The notes under the pieces are model-generated. The model had not been told where the DNA came from. It was given only the letters and a program-made list of their open reading frames with translations, and made no database searches. Shown in pieces: positions 27,095-36,044 of a stretch of DNA of 64,000 bases. The stretch's first letter is position 1. Each line of letters opens with the position of its first letter. The position numbers and the translations under genes are program-made. Origin of the DNA: Fibrobacter sp. (GTDB taxonomy: Bacteria; Fibrobacterota; Fibrobacteria; Fibrobacterales; Fibrobacteraceae); NCBI GenBank assembly GCA_017959225.1, contig JAGDBD010000045.1, positions 16,965 through 80,964 on the forward strand, read 5' to 3'.

Positions 27095-28402
27095 TTAGCG
27101 CGGATTAGACTCGTTTTGTGCGGCTTTGATGGCTTTGAGTTCTGCAAGGCGCTCGGCGAGCTTCTTTTCCCTGCCATATTCGGTGGGGGTGTAAATTTGG
27201 GTTCCGGCCAGTTCTTTTGGCAAATGTTCTTGGGCGGAATAAGCGCCTGGGCTATCGTGATCGTACCTGTAACCGTTCCCGTAGCCCAATTGTTCGCCGA
27301 CCCGGGTGACAGAATTTCGGAATGCGCGGGGAACAGGCAATGTGCCTGTCCGTTTAATAATTTGGTCTGCTTTCATTCCGGCGAGTTCGACGCTGTTGCT
27401 TTTGGGAGCGAGGGCGAGGTAAATCGCTACTTCGTCGAGTCCGATCAATCCTTCTGGGACACCCATAAAGTCAAAGGCTTGGCGGGCTGCCGTTGCAAGG
27501 AGCAGGGCATTCGGATCGGCAAGTCCAATGTCTTCCATCGCCATGCGCATCAAACGGCGAATGATAAACCGGGGATCTTCGCCGCCTTGGAGCATGCGGT
27601 GCAACCAGTACACGGCGGCATCGGGATCGCTTCCGCGGACCGACTTGTGCAGCGCAGAAATCAGGTTGTAATGCTCTTCGTTCGATTTGTCGTAACGGAG
27701 AGGCTTTTTGTACTGGATCGTTTCTAAAAGCTTGTCGTCGATGACTTTTTTACCGTTCAGGTTCTTGGCGATCCATTCCACCTGATTTAAAAGGAACCGA
27801 GCGTCTCCATCGGCTTGGGCGACGAGTTTTAAAAGAGTTTCGTCCGAAATTTCCACGTCCAAAAGTTGAAGTCCGCGGGGGTGCTCCTTTAAGGCGAGCT
27901 TTGCTAAGCGCGAAAGATCTTCGGTGGAAAGAGGTCCAAAAAGAATCAGTTGGCAACGGGAAAGCAGTGCGGAATTCACTTCAAAACCCGGATTTTCCGT
28001 GGTGGCACCGATGAGCGTTACCGTGCCATCTTCGACGGCTTTTAGCAAAGCGTCTTGTTGGCTTTTATTAAAACGGTGAATTTCGTCAATAAAAAGAATA
28101 GTTCCTTTGCCGAGGTCCTGGTACGTTTTTGCTTCGGCAAGGACCGCTTTCACGTCTTTCACGCCGGATTCTACAGCGGAAAGGGCAACGAACCGCTTTT
28201 GGGTGTGCAAATGAATCACGTTTGCAAGGCTTGTCTTTCCGCAGCCCGGAGGTCCCCAAAAGATCATGCTCGGAACGGTGTCCGCTTCGATGCTCTGACG
28301 GAGCATGCTGCTTTCGCCCAAAATTTTGTTTTGACCCAGGAATTCTTCGAGGGATGTGGGGCGCAGACGTTCTGCAAGCGGTCTTGTATTCGGATCGTTC
28401 AT
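27095..28402 (-). CDS. rarA: Replication-associated recombination protein A
   Basis: PLAERLRP, GPPGCGKT, IDEIHRFNKSQQD, ISALHKSVRGSD and EDIGLAD. Confidence 0.95.
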   Translation of the reverse strand: MNDPNTRPLAERLRPTSLEEFLGQNKILGESSMLRQSIEADTVPSMIFWGPPGCGKTSLANVIHLHTQKRFVALSAVESGVKDVKAVLAEAKTYQDLGKGTILFIDEIHRFNKSQQDALLKAVEDGTVTLIGATTENPGFEVNSALLSRCQLILFGPLSTEDLSRLAKLALKEHPRGLQLLDVEISDETLLKLVAQADGDARFLLNQVEWIAKNLNGKKVIDDKLLETIQYKKPLRYDKSNEEHYNLISALHKSVRGSDPDAAVYWLHRMLQGGEDPRFIIRRLMRMAMEDIGLADPNALLLATAARQAFDFMGVPEGLIGLDEVAIYLALAPKSNSVELAGMKADQIIKRTGTLPVPRAFRNSVTRVGEQLGYGNGYRYDHDSPGAYSAQEHLPKELAGTQIYTPTEYGREKKLAERLAELKAIKAAQNESNPR

Positions 28403-28445
28403 CGTTCATTAATATACATTTATTTAAAACCCTTCTAGGAAAGTT

Positions 28446-29882
28446 ATGCGCATCCTTGGAATCATTTGTCTGAGTTTTTTCATGGCTTCGAACGCCTCCG
28501 CTCAAGCGTTTTTGAACGTGCTTGATTTTGGAGGAATTCCAAACGATGGAATGCCGGACGATGCCGCATTGCGAAGTGCTTTTGAAGAAGCGAAAAAGCA
28601 AAATGCGCAAGGGGTCTTTTTACCGGCAGGACGTTGGCAATTTGATTCTTCAATCGAAATTCCCCGGGGTTTTACGCTAAAAGGAACGTATTCCCGCCCC
28701 CACGTTGCAGAACGTTCGGACTTGGAAGGCGCTGGGACGACCATCGAATGTTACGTAGGGCGAAATGCCGATATCGAGATAGAACCCTGGAAGTATCCGT
28801 CTTGCGTGAACATCCATGGTACGGCTTCCTTGGAAGGGGTGAACCTTGTTTATCCGGAACAGACGGATGTTTGGAATCCTGTGCCATATTCTTGGACGAT
28901 TTTTTGCAACAGCGATTACGATGAAAATCAAAGGTTCAAGGAATCTTCCCGTTGCGGGGTGGTGAACACCACTTTGGTCAATTCCTACGCAGGCATTTTT
29001 ATGCGTTGGGGAGCAAACGATCACTGGATCAGCGGCGTCAACATGTCTGTATTTAAAAAGGGAATGGTTCTGGACGGGATCACCTCTCTGGGGGTGATTC
29101 AAAATGTGAACATCCACAATCAGTACTGCTGGCCCTTTTATGGAATTCTCGCTTCGGACCATGAAAAGACGAATCGGTTGGCAAAAGAAAATTTGAAAAA
29201 TTTGGTGGGAATCGAATTTCACCGTGCAGATTGGGGCTGGCTGAATCAGGTGTTCATTATTTTTGCAAACAAAGGATTTGTTTTTGAAAAATCCATGAAT
29301 GCAGCGGATTCTTCTCAGTGGGAACTAGGAACTCGGGCGCTTCCTTCTTTAGATATTTCGAACAGCGGCTGCGACCTTTGTTTAACCGCTGTGGAAGCGA
29401 ATTTTGTGAATACAGGTGTGGGCGTGAATTTTTCAAACAGCAATCTTCTTGGACGGGTGATTCTCGGAGATAGCTGCTACGGATCGCTCCGCTTTTCCAA
29501 TGCTTTTTTCAGCTATGGAATTTCAGCCCCAGATTCTTTAAACGACCAGTTCGTTGTGGGAAAACGGGCTACTCTTCAGATCGTGAATTCCGAAGTGCTG
29601 AACTTTCCGGTCGATGTTCCCATGTGGTACGGAAGGGTTTTTACGGTCCGCGGAATTTTACAACTGAGCAATTCGATTCTTGTAAGTACCGACACGAGCC
29701 GCTATGACGAGAAAACGTTCAAACATTTGCAAGTGGAAAATTCGGGAATCGCGACGGTACAAAATCTCGTTTTCCGCGGACCGGAATTCCGTTATACCGC
29801 TAAAGAAAAAGGACGCATCAAAGCGTCCTTGATCGAACATCAGGAAATTTCAGAAGATTTTCCGTATAATCCGCCGCGGTAA
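28446..29882 (+). CDS. Secreted pectate-lyase-3/GH28-like right-handed beta-helix protein
   Basis: Signal peptide, the NVLDFGGIPNDG...DDAAL...VFLPAGRW cap, and Asn/Val-rich coils. Confidence 0.7.
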   Translation: MRILGIICLSFFMASNASAQAFLNVLDFGGIPNDGMPDDAALRSAFEEAKKQNAQGVFLPAGRWQFDSSIEIPRGFTLKGTYSRPHVAERSDLEGAGTTIECYVGRNADIEIEPWKYPSCVNIHGTASLEGVNLVYPEQTDVWNPVPYSWTIFCNSDYDENQRFKESSRCGVVNTTLVNSYAGIFMRWGANDHWISGVNMSVFKKGMVLDGITSLGVIQNVNIHNQYCWPFYGILASDHEKTNRLAKENLKNLVGIEFHRADWGWLNQVFIIFANKGFVFEKSMNAADSSQWELGTRALPSLDISNSGCDLCLTAVEANFVNTGVGVNFSNSNLLGRVILGDSCYGSLRFSNAFFSYGISAPDSLNDQFVVGKRATLQIVNSEVLNFPVDVPMWYGRVFTVRGILQLSNSILVSTDTSRYDEKTFKHLQVENSGIATVQNLVFRGPEFRYTAKEKGRIKASLIEHQEISEDFPYNPPR

Positions 29883-29888
29883 AGCGTT

Positions 29889-30797
29889 TTAAATGTTGTT
29901 TCTCTTTTTCACAAAGGCGAGAAGGTCCTTTTTGACTTCCGCATAATGGGTTTCCCAAATTTCGATGACTTCGTCTAAACGATCCACTTTGTCGAGTCCA
30001 ATCGGCTCGTCAATGGACGGCGAAATGCGGAGCACGTTTTCTTTGCCAAGGTTCGCCATGGCTTCAAAACAATTGGAGTTTCCGGTTCTTGCCACCCAAT
30101 CGTTTATCAGGTATTTGGCCCAGCCGAGAAGGCTCTTGTTGCCGTAGGCGGTGTTGGGAACGCTCATGCCGGTATTTAAAACCAGCACGCGGAGTTTGGA
30201 TTCCGGAAACCGAATCTTCATGCCGGATTCCAAAACCATCGTTGCGTCGTTTGCCCAAAGTCCTCCGTCGCAGTAGCTTTGACCGTCTTTTTCGATGACG
30301 TCAAAGTAGGTCGGCGCTGCTGCGGAAGTTTCCACTGCAAAACGGAGCAGTTCGTCATCACGGTTATCCCAGACTTTTTCCACGGCCTTTTTTCCGTTCA
30401 TACGGGTCGTCGGAATGAAAATGGGGCAGGGAAGCTCGTTCATTTTGACGTTGCCCAGATAAACCTTTAGCAAACGGAACAGGTTCGTGTGGTCGTAGGT
30501 CGGGCATTTGGGTTTAATTCGTTTGTACAACGGATATTTGGTAAAGATGCTTTTGACGTTTGTTTTAAAAAGGTCAAAAGTCTTTTGAGCGCTGTGACCG
30601 GTCACCAACAGGGCTGTGATAATGGATCCGGTGGAAGTCCCCGCATAGCAGTCGAAAAAATTTTGAATCTGGATTTGATTATCGCCAAATTCGTCTTGCA
30701 GATCTTTTTCCAGGTTCTTTAACAGGGTAAGAGGCCCGATGCCTAGCATGCCTCCGCCGCAAACCGAAAGTCCTGTCCGAAAAGTCTTGTCCGTCAT
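29889..30797 (-). CDS. Patatin-like phospholipase
   Basis: GGGMLG, GTSTG, SAAAPTYF and DGGLWAN. The start is moved to MTDKTF. Confidence 0.88.
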   Translation of the reverse strand: MTDKTFRTGLSVCGGGMLGIGPLTLLKNLEKDLQDEFGDNQIQIQNFFDCYAGTSTGSIITALLVTGHSAQKTFDLFKTNVKSIFTKYPLYKRIKPKCPTYDHTNLFRLLKVYLGNVKMNELPCPIFIPTTRMNGKKAVEKVWDNRDDELLRFAVETSAAAPTYFDVIEKDGQSYCDGGLWANDATMVLESGMKIRFPESKLRVLVLNTGMSVPNTAYGNKSLLGWAKYLINDWVARTGNSNCFEAMANLGKENVLRISPSIDEPIGLDKVDRLDEVIEIWETHYAEVKKDLLAFVKKRNNI

Positions 30798-30914
30798 TCC
30801 ACTCTCCTTCCGTTTTTGGCGAAAATAACAAAAAACAGACCCCGGATAAATCCGGAGCCTGCTTTCTGGATGCCTTACATTGATATACCCGACAGACATT
30901 TACGAGGATAAAAG

Positions 30915-30949
30915 TTAGTCGAGCCTAAACAAAAGTTAGATAAGTCTAA
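30915..30949. promoter_or_regulatory. Tandem TTAG-N6-CTAA palindromes, a candidate operator
   Basis: TTAGTCGAGCCTAA (30915-30928) and TTAGATAAGTCTAA (30936-30949). Both are preceded by AAAAG and they repeat at a 21-bp period. Confidence 0.5.
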
Positions 30950-31145
30950 TTAAAATGTCAAGAAAAATGGGAATTTTTTTTGAGGATTTTTGGAATATTT
31001 GCCTAATTCCGACTAAAAAACTTGCCCTTTTGGGGCGAAATCGGACTTGAACGGGTGGTTCTGACCCGATTAAATAGGTTCGGATTGGTGCTAGCCATAG
31101 TTTCTATTTCTATCTTTCTCCGCGACATTTACGAGGTATCGTTCT

Positions 31146-31787
31146 ATGGCAGTTGAAGCCCAAGAAGCCAATTTCTTCACAACGAAACTTGACTTCATAG
31201 TCAACTGGGGACGTAAAAATTCCCTATGGCCGTTTCCGTACGGAACGGCGTGTTGCGCTATTGAATTCATGAGTACAGAAACCAGCCCGTACGACCTTTC
31301 GCGTATCGGCTCTGAATACGTCCGCTTTACGCCGCGTCAGTCCGACGTTTTGGCCGTCCAAGGGACAATCACTTACAAGCAGGCTCCGATCTTAAAGCGT
31401 ATTTACGAACAGCTTTCGGAACCGAAATGGGTGATCGCCATGGGCGCTTGCGCCACGTCTGGCGGTGTTTACGACTGCTATTGCACAGTCCCGGGCGTCG
31501 ACAATATTATTCCGGTGGACGTCTATATCGGCGGCTGCCCCAGCCGTCCGGAAGCCTTCTTTGATGCAATGTTCGAAATCCAGAAGAAGGTGTCTGACGA
31601 ATCTTACATGCAGCAGCGCAAGGAACGCTTGAAAGAACAGTGGGAAATGCTCCAGGCGAAGACTGCGCAGGCGAAGCACGATTTTGCGGAATACTCCCGT
31701 GAAAAGGCACAGGAGCTGAAGGAAAAAGCGGAATCCCTTAAGAACACCGCTATCCGCAAAGCTGAATTTTGGAAGGAGAACCCGTAA
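31146..31787 (+). CDS. nuoB: NADH-quinone oxidoreductase subunit B
   Basis: GTACCAIE, MGACATSGG and DVYIGGCP. Confidence 0.95.
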   Translation: MAVEAQEANFFTTKLDFIVNWGRKNSLWPFPYGTACCAIEFMSTETSPYDLSRIGSEYVRFTPRQSDVLAVQGTITYKQAPILKRIYEQLSEPKWVIAMGACATSGGVYDCYCTVPGVDNIIPVDVYIGGCPSRPEAFFDAMFEIQKKVSDESYMQQRKERLKEQWEMLQAKTAQAKHDFAEYSREKAQELKEKAESLKNTAIRKAEFWKENP

Positions 31788-32440
31788 TGGCTACATCTCT
31801 AGACAATGTGAGAGAGCCCGTCGTGGCCACTCCGGAAGCTCGCAAGGCTTTCGAAGAAACCGCGCTCAAGACTCTTGAAAAGTTCGGAGCCGTTCGGTCT
31901 GAAAAGAATTCGTGGGAACTGATGGTGGAAGTCTGCCGTTGCAATTTGCGTGCGACGGTACAAGCCATCCGCGACGAACTCGGCTTGGACATGTTGCTCG
32001 ATATCGTCGGTATCGACTATTTAGGTTTTAAGGATTACGCCGGACCACGCTTTGCGGTCGAATACGTTTTTAAGAGCGTGTACGAACCGGCCAAGCGTTT
32101 GATGGTGAAGGTTCTTGTGGAAGAAGCCGATGCGAAGATCCCGACTATTTCGGATCTTTACGGCATTGCGAACTGGCAGGAACGTGAAGTCTATGACCAG
32201 TACGGCGTGATTTTTGAAGGTCACCCGGATCTTCGCCGCATTTTGAACCATGTGGAATTTGTGGGGCATCCGCTTCGCAAGGATTACCCGGCTCATCGTC
32301 GTCAGTGGCTCTCGACGAATGATTACCTGTATCCGGCGCTTGAAAAGCGTCTCGAATCCAAGGGCTATCGCATTCTCGAACGTCCGGAAGAAATCAATCC
32401 GTCTGACGAAGAATATCTGCAAGGGAGTGTTAAAAAATGA
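31787..32440 (+). CDS. nuoC: NADH-quinone oxidoreductase subunit C
   Basis: ANWQEREVYDQYGVIFEGHPDLRRIL and GHPLRKDYP. Confidence 0.95.
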   Translation: MATSLDNVREPVVATPEARKAFEETALKTLEKFGAVRSEKNSWELMVEVCRCNLRATVQAIRDELGLDMLLDIVGIDYLGFKDYAGPRFAVEYVFKSVYEPAKRLMVKVLVEEADAKIPTISDLYGIANWQEREVYDQYGVIFEGHPDLRRILNHVEFVGHPLRKDYPAHRRQWLSTNDYLYPALEKRLESKGYRILERPEEINPSDEEYLQGSVKK

Positions 32441-33630
32441 AAGTTCTGACTCCTGAAGGCGAAGAAAAGAATTTGATGGTGTTGAACATCGGTCCGTCGC
32501 ATGGTGCGACTCACGGATGCTTGCGCTACATTACAGCCTTGGACGGCGAAAACATTGCAGCCTCTGTGGGCGAAATCGGTTACTTGCACCGCGGTTTTGA
32601 AAAGACTGCGGAACGTGGCACCTGGCAGCAGGTTTTGCCGTTGACCGACCGCTTGGACTACTGTTCCGCCATGATGAACAACTTCGCATATTGCCGCGCT
32701 GTCGAAAAGATGCTCGGCATTGAAATTCCGGAACGCGCCAAGGTCATTCGTGTGATCGTGAACGAGCTTTCTAGAATTGCGGACCACTTCATCTGTGACG
32801 CTGCTGCGGCTCAGGACTTGGGTTCTACCACCGGCTTCTTCTACCTCTTCGATTCCCGTGAACAGACCATGCGCATTTGGGAAAAGCTGACCGGCGCTCG
32901 TTTAACGAACAGCTACGGCCGTATCGGCGGACTTTATCGCGACACTTACGAAGGCTTTGAAGAAGACGTTCTTGCTGTTTGCAAAACGGTGGAAAAGAAT
33001 TTGCGGGATGTGCACGCTTGCTTTGACCGCAACCGTATCTTCCTCGATCGTACGGTGAACGTCGGCAGCATGACACCGGAAAAGGCGATCAGCTACGGCT
33101 GGACAGGCCCTGGCCTCCGTGCAACGGGCGTTGCAAGCGACGTTCGCAAGGACGAACCCTATTGGGATTACGAAACCTACGATTGGAATGTGGTAACCGG
33201 AACACGTGGCGACGTTTTTGACCGTCTCATGGTCCGTCTTGCTGAAGCGGAAGAATCCTTGAAGATCATTCGTCAGGCTTTGAAGCGCCTTGCTCCGGGC
33301 CCTGTGAGTGTGGAAGATCCCCGCGTCCGCGTTCCGTCTCATGAACGTGTTTATCAAGACATGGAAGCTTTGGCAGGCCGCTTCAAGAGCGTGTTTGAAG
33401 GCATTCGCGTTCCGGCAGGTGAATATTACTGCGGAACGGAAACGGCTAACGGTGAACTCGGCTTTACGCTTGTGTCGGATGGCTCCGGTCATCCTTGGCG
33501 CGTCAAAGTCCGTCCGCCTTGCTTTACGCAGTTTGCAGCTTTCCATGAACTGGTGGAAGGCGGCCTTATCGCAGACTCGATCGCTTGCCTTTCGAGCATT
33601 AACATTATCGCGGGAGAATTGGACAGATGA
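32437..33630 (+). CDS. nuoD: NADH-quinone oxidoreductase subunit D
   Basis: GPSHGATHG, GYLHRGFEK, DRLDY and GELDR. Confidence 0.95.
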   Translation: MKVLTPEGEEKNLMVLNIGPSHGATHGCLRYITALDGENIAASVGEIGYLHRGFEKTAERGTWQQVLPLTDRLDYCSAMMNNFAYCRAVEKMLGIEIPERAKVIRVIVNELSRIADHFICDAAAAQDLGSTTGFFYLFDSREQTMRIWEKLTGARLTNSYGRIGGLYRDTYEGFEEDVLAVCKTVEKNLRDVHACFDRNRIFLDRTVNVGSMTPEKAISYGWTGPGLRATGVASDVRKDEPYWDYETYDWNVVTGTRGDVFDRLMVRLAEAEESLKIIRQALKRLAPGPVSVEDPRVRVPSHERVYQDMEALAGRFKSVFEGIRVPAGEYYCGTETANGELGFTLVSDGSGHPWRVKVRPPCFTQFAAFHELVEGGLIADSIACLSSINIIAGELDR

Positions 33631-34727
33631 GTCACATTACCGGTGCAATTCAGGACGTTGCAAACAACATCCTTTCCTATTCCAAAGGCCCGTCTCCGGT
33701 CGAAGTTCTTCCGTCTCCGGCGGATCAGTTCGGTCATGCAAATCCGATTCAGAAGCAGCCGACTTGGGGCGAAATCGCTCCGCTTTTGGAAACGGCAGAA
33801 GTCAAGGCTCGTGTCGCCGATTTGCTTTCCCGTTACCCGGTAGCTCAGGGCGCTCTTTTGGAAGTGCTCTGGATTGCTCAGGATGCAATCGGTTGGCTTC
33901 CTCATGAAGCGATCCGTTGGGCGGCAGACGTTTGCGAATGCTCTGCTCCCCATGCATACGGCGTTTCGACTTTTTATACCATGTACAAGCATGTTCCGAC
34001 GGGCAGATTCCTTTTGCAGTTCTGCCACAACATCAGCTGCCATTTGCGCGGTGCGGAAAGCATGCTCGAATACGCACGCCGCGTACTCGATTTGAAACCG
34101 GGTGAAACGACGAAGGACGGTCTCTTTACGATTGTCGAAGTCGAATGCCTTGCCGCTTGCGGTAACGCTCCGGCCATGATCGTGAACGACGACTTTGCGA
34201 CGAACGTGGAAAACGGCGAACTGACGCTGAAACCGGGTGAATGCCTCACCCCGGAACGTCTCGACAAGATTCTTCAGTGGTGCAGAGATCGTGCAGCCAA
34301 GTATCCGAAAGAACCTCCGCGCGAAGTTCTCGGCGGAATCGTGAAGGGTCACGGCGGACACCCGGGCGCACCGGGCGCAACTGCTAAGCCGCAGGTTTCT
34401 GACTATGCGCCGCCTTGCCCGGTTTTGGGCGTGAACGCTCTTGTTGATGAAAACGGTGCCACTTTGACGTGGAAAGGCGCTCCGGAATTTACGGAACTCA
34501 CCGTAGAAAAGAATGCGAACGGAACCTGGACCGAAGTGGGTAAGCCGGGTGTCAAAGACAAACAGTTCGTGGATCCCGAAGGTAAGATCGGGGATGAATA
34601 CCGCATGATCGCGGTCAGCGGAACTCGCACGGCAAAGCCTTCCCAGGTTTGCAAGGCGAAGGCTGCTCCCCCTCCTCCTCCTGAAGCCCCTGCAGCTGCT
34701 CCTGCAACAGCAAAGAAGGTGGGTTAA
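33627..34727 (+). CDS. nuoE: NADH-quinone oxidoreductase subunit E with N- and C-terminal extensions
   Basis: 2Fe-2S motifs CHNISC and ECLAACGNAP; 366 aa long. Confidence 0.9.
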   Translation: MSHITGAIQDVANNILSYSKGPSPVEVLPSPADQFGHANPIQKQPTWGEIAPLLETAEVKARVADLLSRYPVAQGALLEVLWIAQDAIGWLPHEAIRWAADVCECSAPHAYGVSTFYTMYKHVPTGRFLLQFCHNISCHLRGAESMLEYARRVLDLKPGETTKDGLFTIVEVECLAACGNAPAMIVNDDFATNVENGELTLKPGECLTPERLDKILQWCRDRAAKYPKEPPREVLGGIVKGHGGHPGAPGATAKPQVSDYAPPCPVLGVNALVDENGATLTWKGAPEFTELTVEKNANGTWTEVGKPGVKDKQFVDPEGKIGDEYRMIAVSGTRTAKPSQVCKAKAAPPPPPEAPAAAPATAKKVG

Positions 34728-34729
34728 CT

Positions 34730-36040
34730 ATGCAAGATTCAATGAAGGTTTGCACAGGAAACTTTGGAAAGCACGCTCAGAGCATCGAAGCTTACAAGAA
34801 GCTCGGCGGCTATTCCACCATTTCCAAGTCTCTGTTCGAAATGTCCCAGTTCGAAGTGATCGATCGCGTGCAGCGCGCCGGTCTCCGCGGACGTGGCGGT
34901 GCGGGCTTCCCCACCGGCATGAAGTGGAGCTTCGTTCCGCGTAACACAGGCAAGCCTGTGTATATCGTTGTGAACGCAGATGAAGGCGAAGGCGGTACGT
35001 ACAAGGATCACTTCCTTTTGCTCGAAGATCCCCACCGTTTGATCGAAGGTTTGATCATTGCTGGCTGGGCTCTCGGCGCTCGTACGGCTTACATCTACGC
35101 CCGTGGGGAATTCCTCCCGTGCATTGAAAGCGTGAACAAGGCTTTGAACGAAGCTTACGCTGCCGGTTATCTCGGTGAAAATATCATGGGTACGAAGTTC
35201 AGCTTCGATATCTTTGTGCACCGTGGCGCTGGCGCTTACATTTGCGGTGAAGAAACCGCTTTGATCAACTCGCTGGAAGGTCAAAAGGGTCAGCCCCGTT
35301 TGAAACCGCCTTTCCCTGCTGTGGCAGGCGCTTGGGCTTCTCCGACCTGCGTGAACAACGTGGAAACGATCATGTCTCTTCCGTGGATCTTCTCCCATCC
35401 GGTGGAAGAATACACGAAGATGGGCACTCCCCGTGCACACGGTACAAAGGTGTTCTGCGTTTCTGGTGACGTGAAGCGTCCGGGCCTTTATGAAGCGCCT
35501 CTCGGTACGCCTCTCATGGAAATGCTCACCAGCGAAGAATACTGCCAGGGTATTATCGGTAATTTGAAGGGTGTGATTCCGGGTGGTTCTTCTTGCCCGC
35601 CGCTCCTTCCCGAAGAATGTGAAAATGCAACGCTCGATTACGAATGCATGGCTTCCTTAAAGACCATGTTCGGTTCGGGTGCAATTATCGTCTTTAACGA
35701 TACGCACAATGCGGTGGACATTTTGGATGTTCTCGGCCACTTCTATTCTCATGAATCCTGCGGTCAGTGCACGCCTTGCCGTGAAGGTACAGGCTTTGCA
35801 AAACGCGTTCTCGATTCGATTCTGCGTGGCGAAGGTCACGATGGGGATATTGAACTGTTGCAGGGAATCTCTGCCGGTTTCGGTGGAACGACGATCTGCC
35901 CGCTGTCGATTTCCCTCGGCGGACCGCTGAACGTTTACACGAGAAAGTATCGTGCTGACTTTGAAGAATATATCGCAAAGAACCCGAATCATGCGGAACC
36001 CCGCTTGAGACCGACCGTTCGTCTGGGAGCCTACTGGTAA
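34730..36040 (+). CDS. nuoF: NADH-quinone oxidoreductase subunit F
   Basis: LRGRGGAGFPTG, NADEGE, GAGAYICGEETAL and ESCGQCTPCREG. Confidence 0.96.
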   Translation: MQDSMKVCTGNFGKHAQSIEAYKKLGGYSTISKSLFEMSQFEVIDRVQRAGLRGRGGAGFPTGMKWSFVPRNTGKPVYIVVNADEGEGGTYKDHFLLLEDPHRLIEGLIIAGWALGARTAYIYARGEFLPCIESVNKALNEAYAAGYLGENIMGTKFSFDIFVHRGAGAYICGEETALINSLEGQKGQPRLKPPFPAVAGAWASPTCVNNVETIMSLPWIFSHPVEEYTKMGTPRAHGTKVFCVSGDVKRPGLYEAPLGTPLMEMLTSEEYCQGIIGNLKGVIPGGSSCPPLLPEECENATLDYECMASLKTMFGSGAIIVFNDTHNAVDILDVLGHFYSHESCGQCTPCREGTGFAKRVLDSILRGEGHDGDIELLQGISAGFGGTTICPLSISLGGPLNVYTRKYRADFEEYIAKNPNHAEPRLRPTVRLGAYW

Positions 36041-36044
36041 TCTT

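Noticed and set aside
29889-30797. CBASS anti-phage system suggested by the patatin
   Set aside because: No CD-NTase, Cap2/Cap3 or other defence genes are adjacent.
31008-31075. Possible structured leader or riboswitch before nuoB (TCCGA/TCGGA, GCCC/GGGG, CGGGT/ACCCG stems)
   Set aside because: The stems are short, match no riboswitch I recognise, and probably lie upstream of the transcription start.
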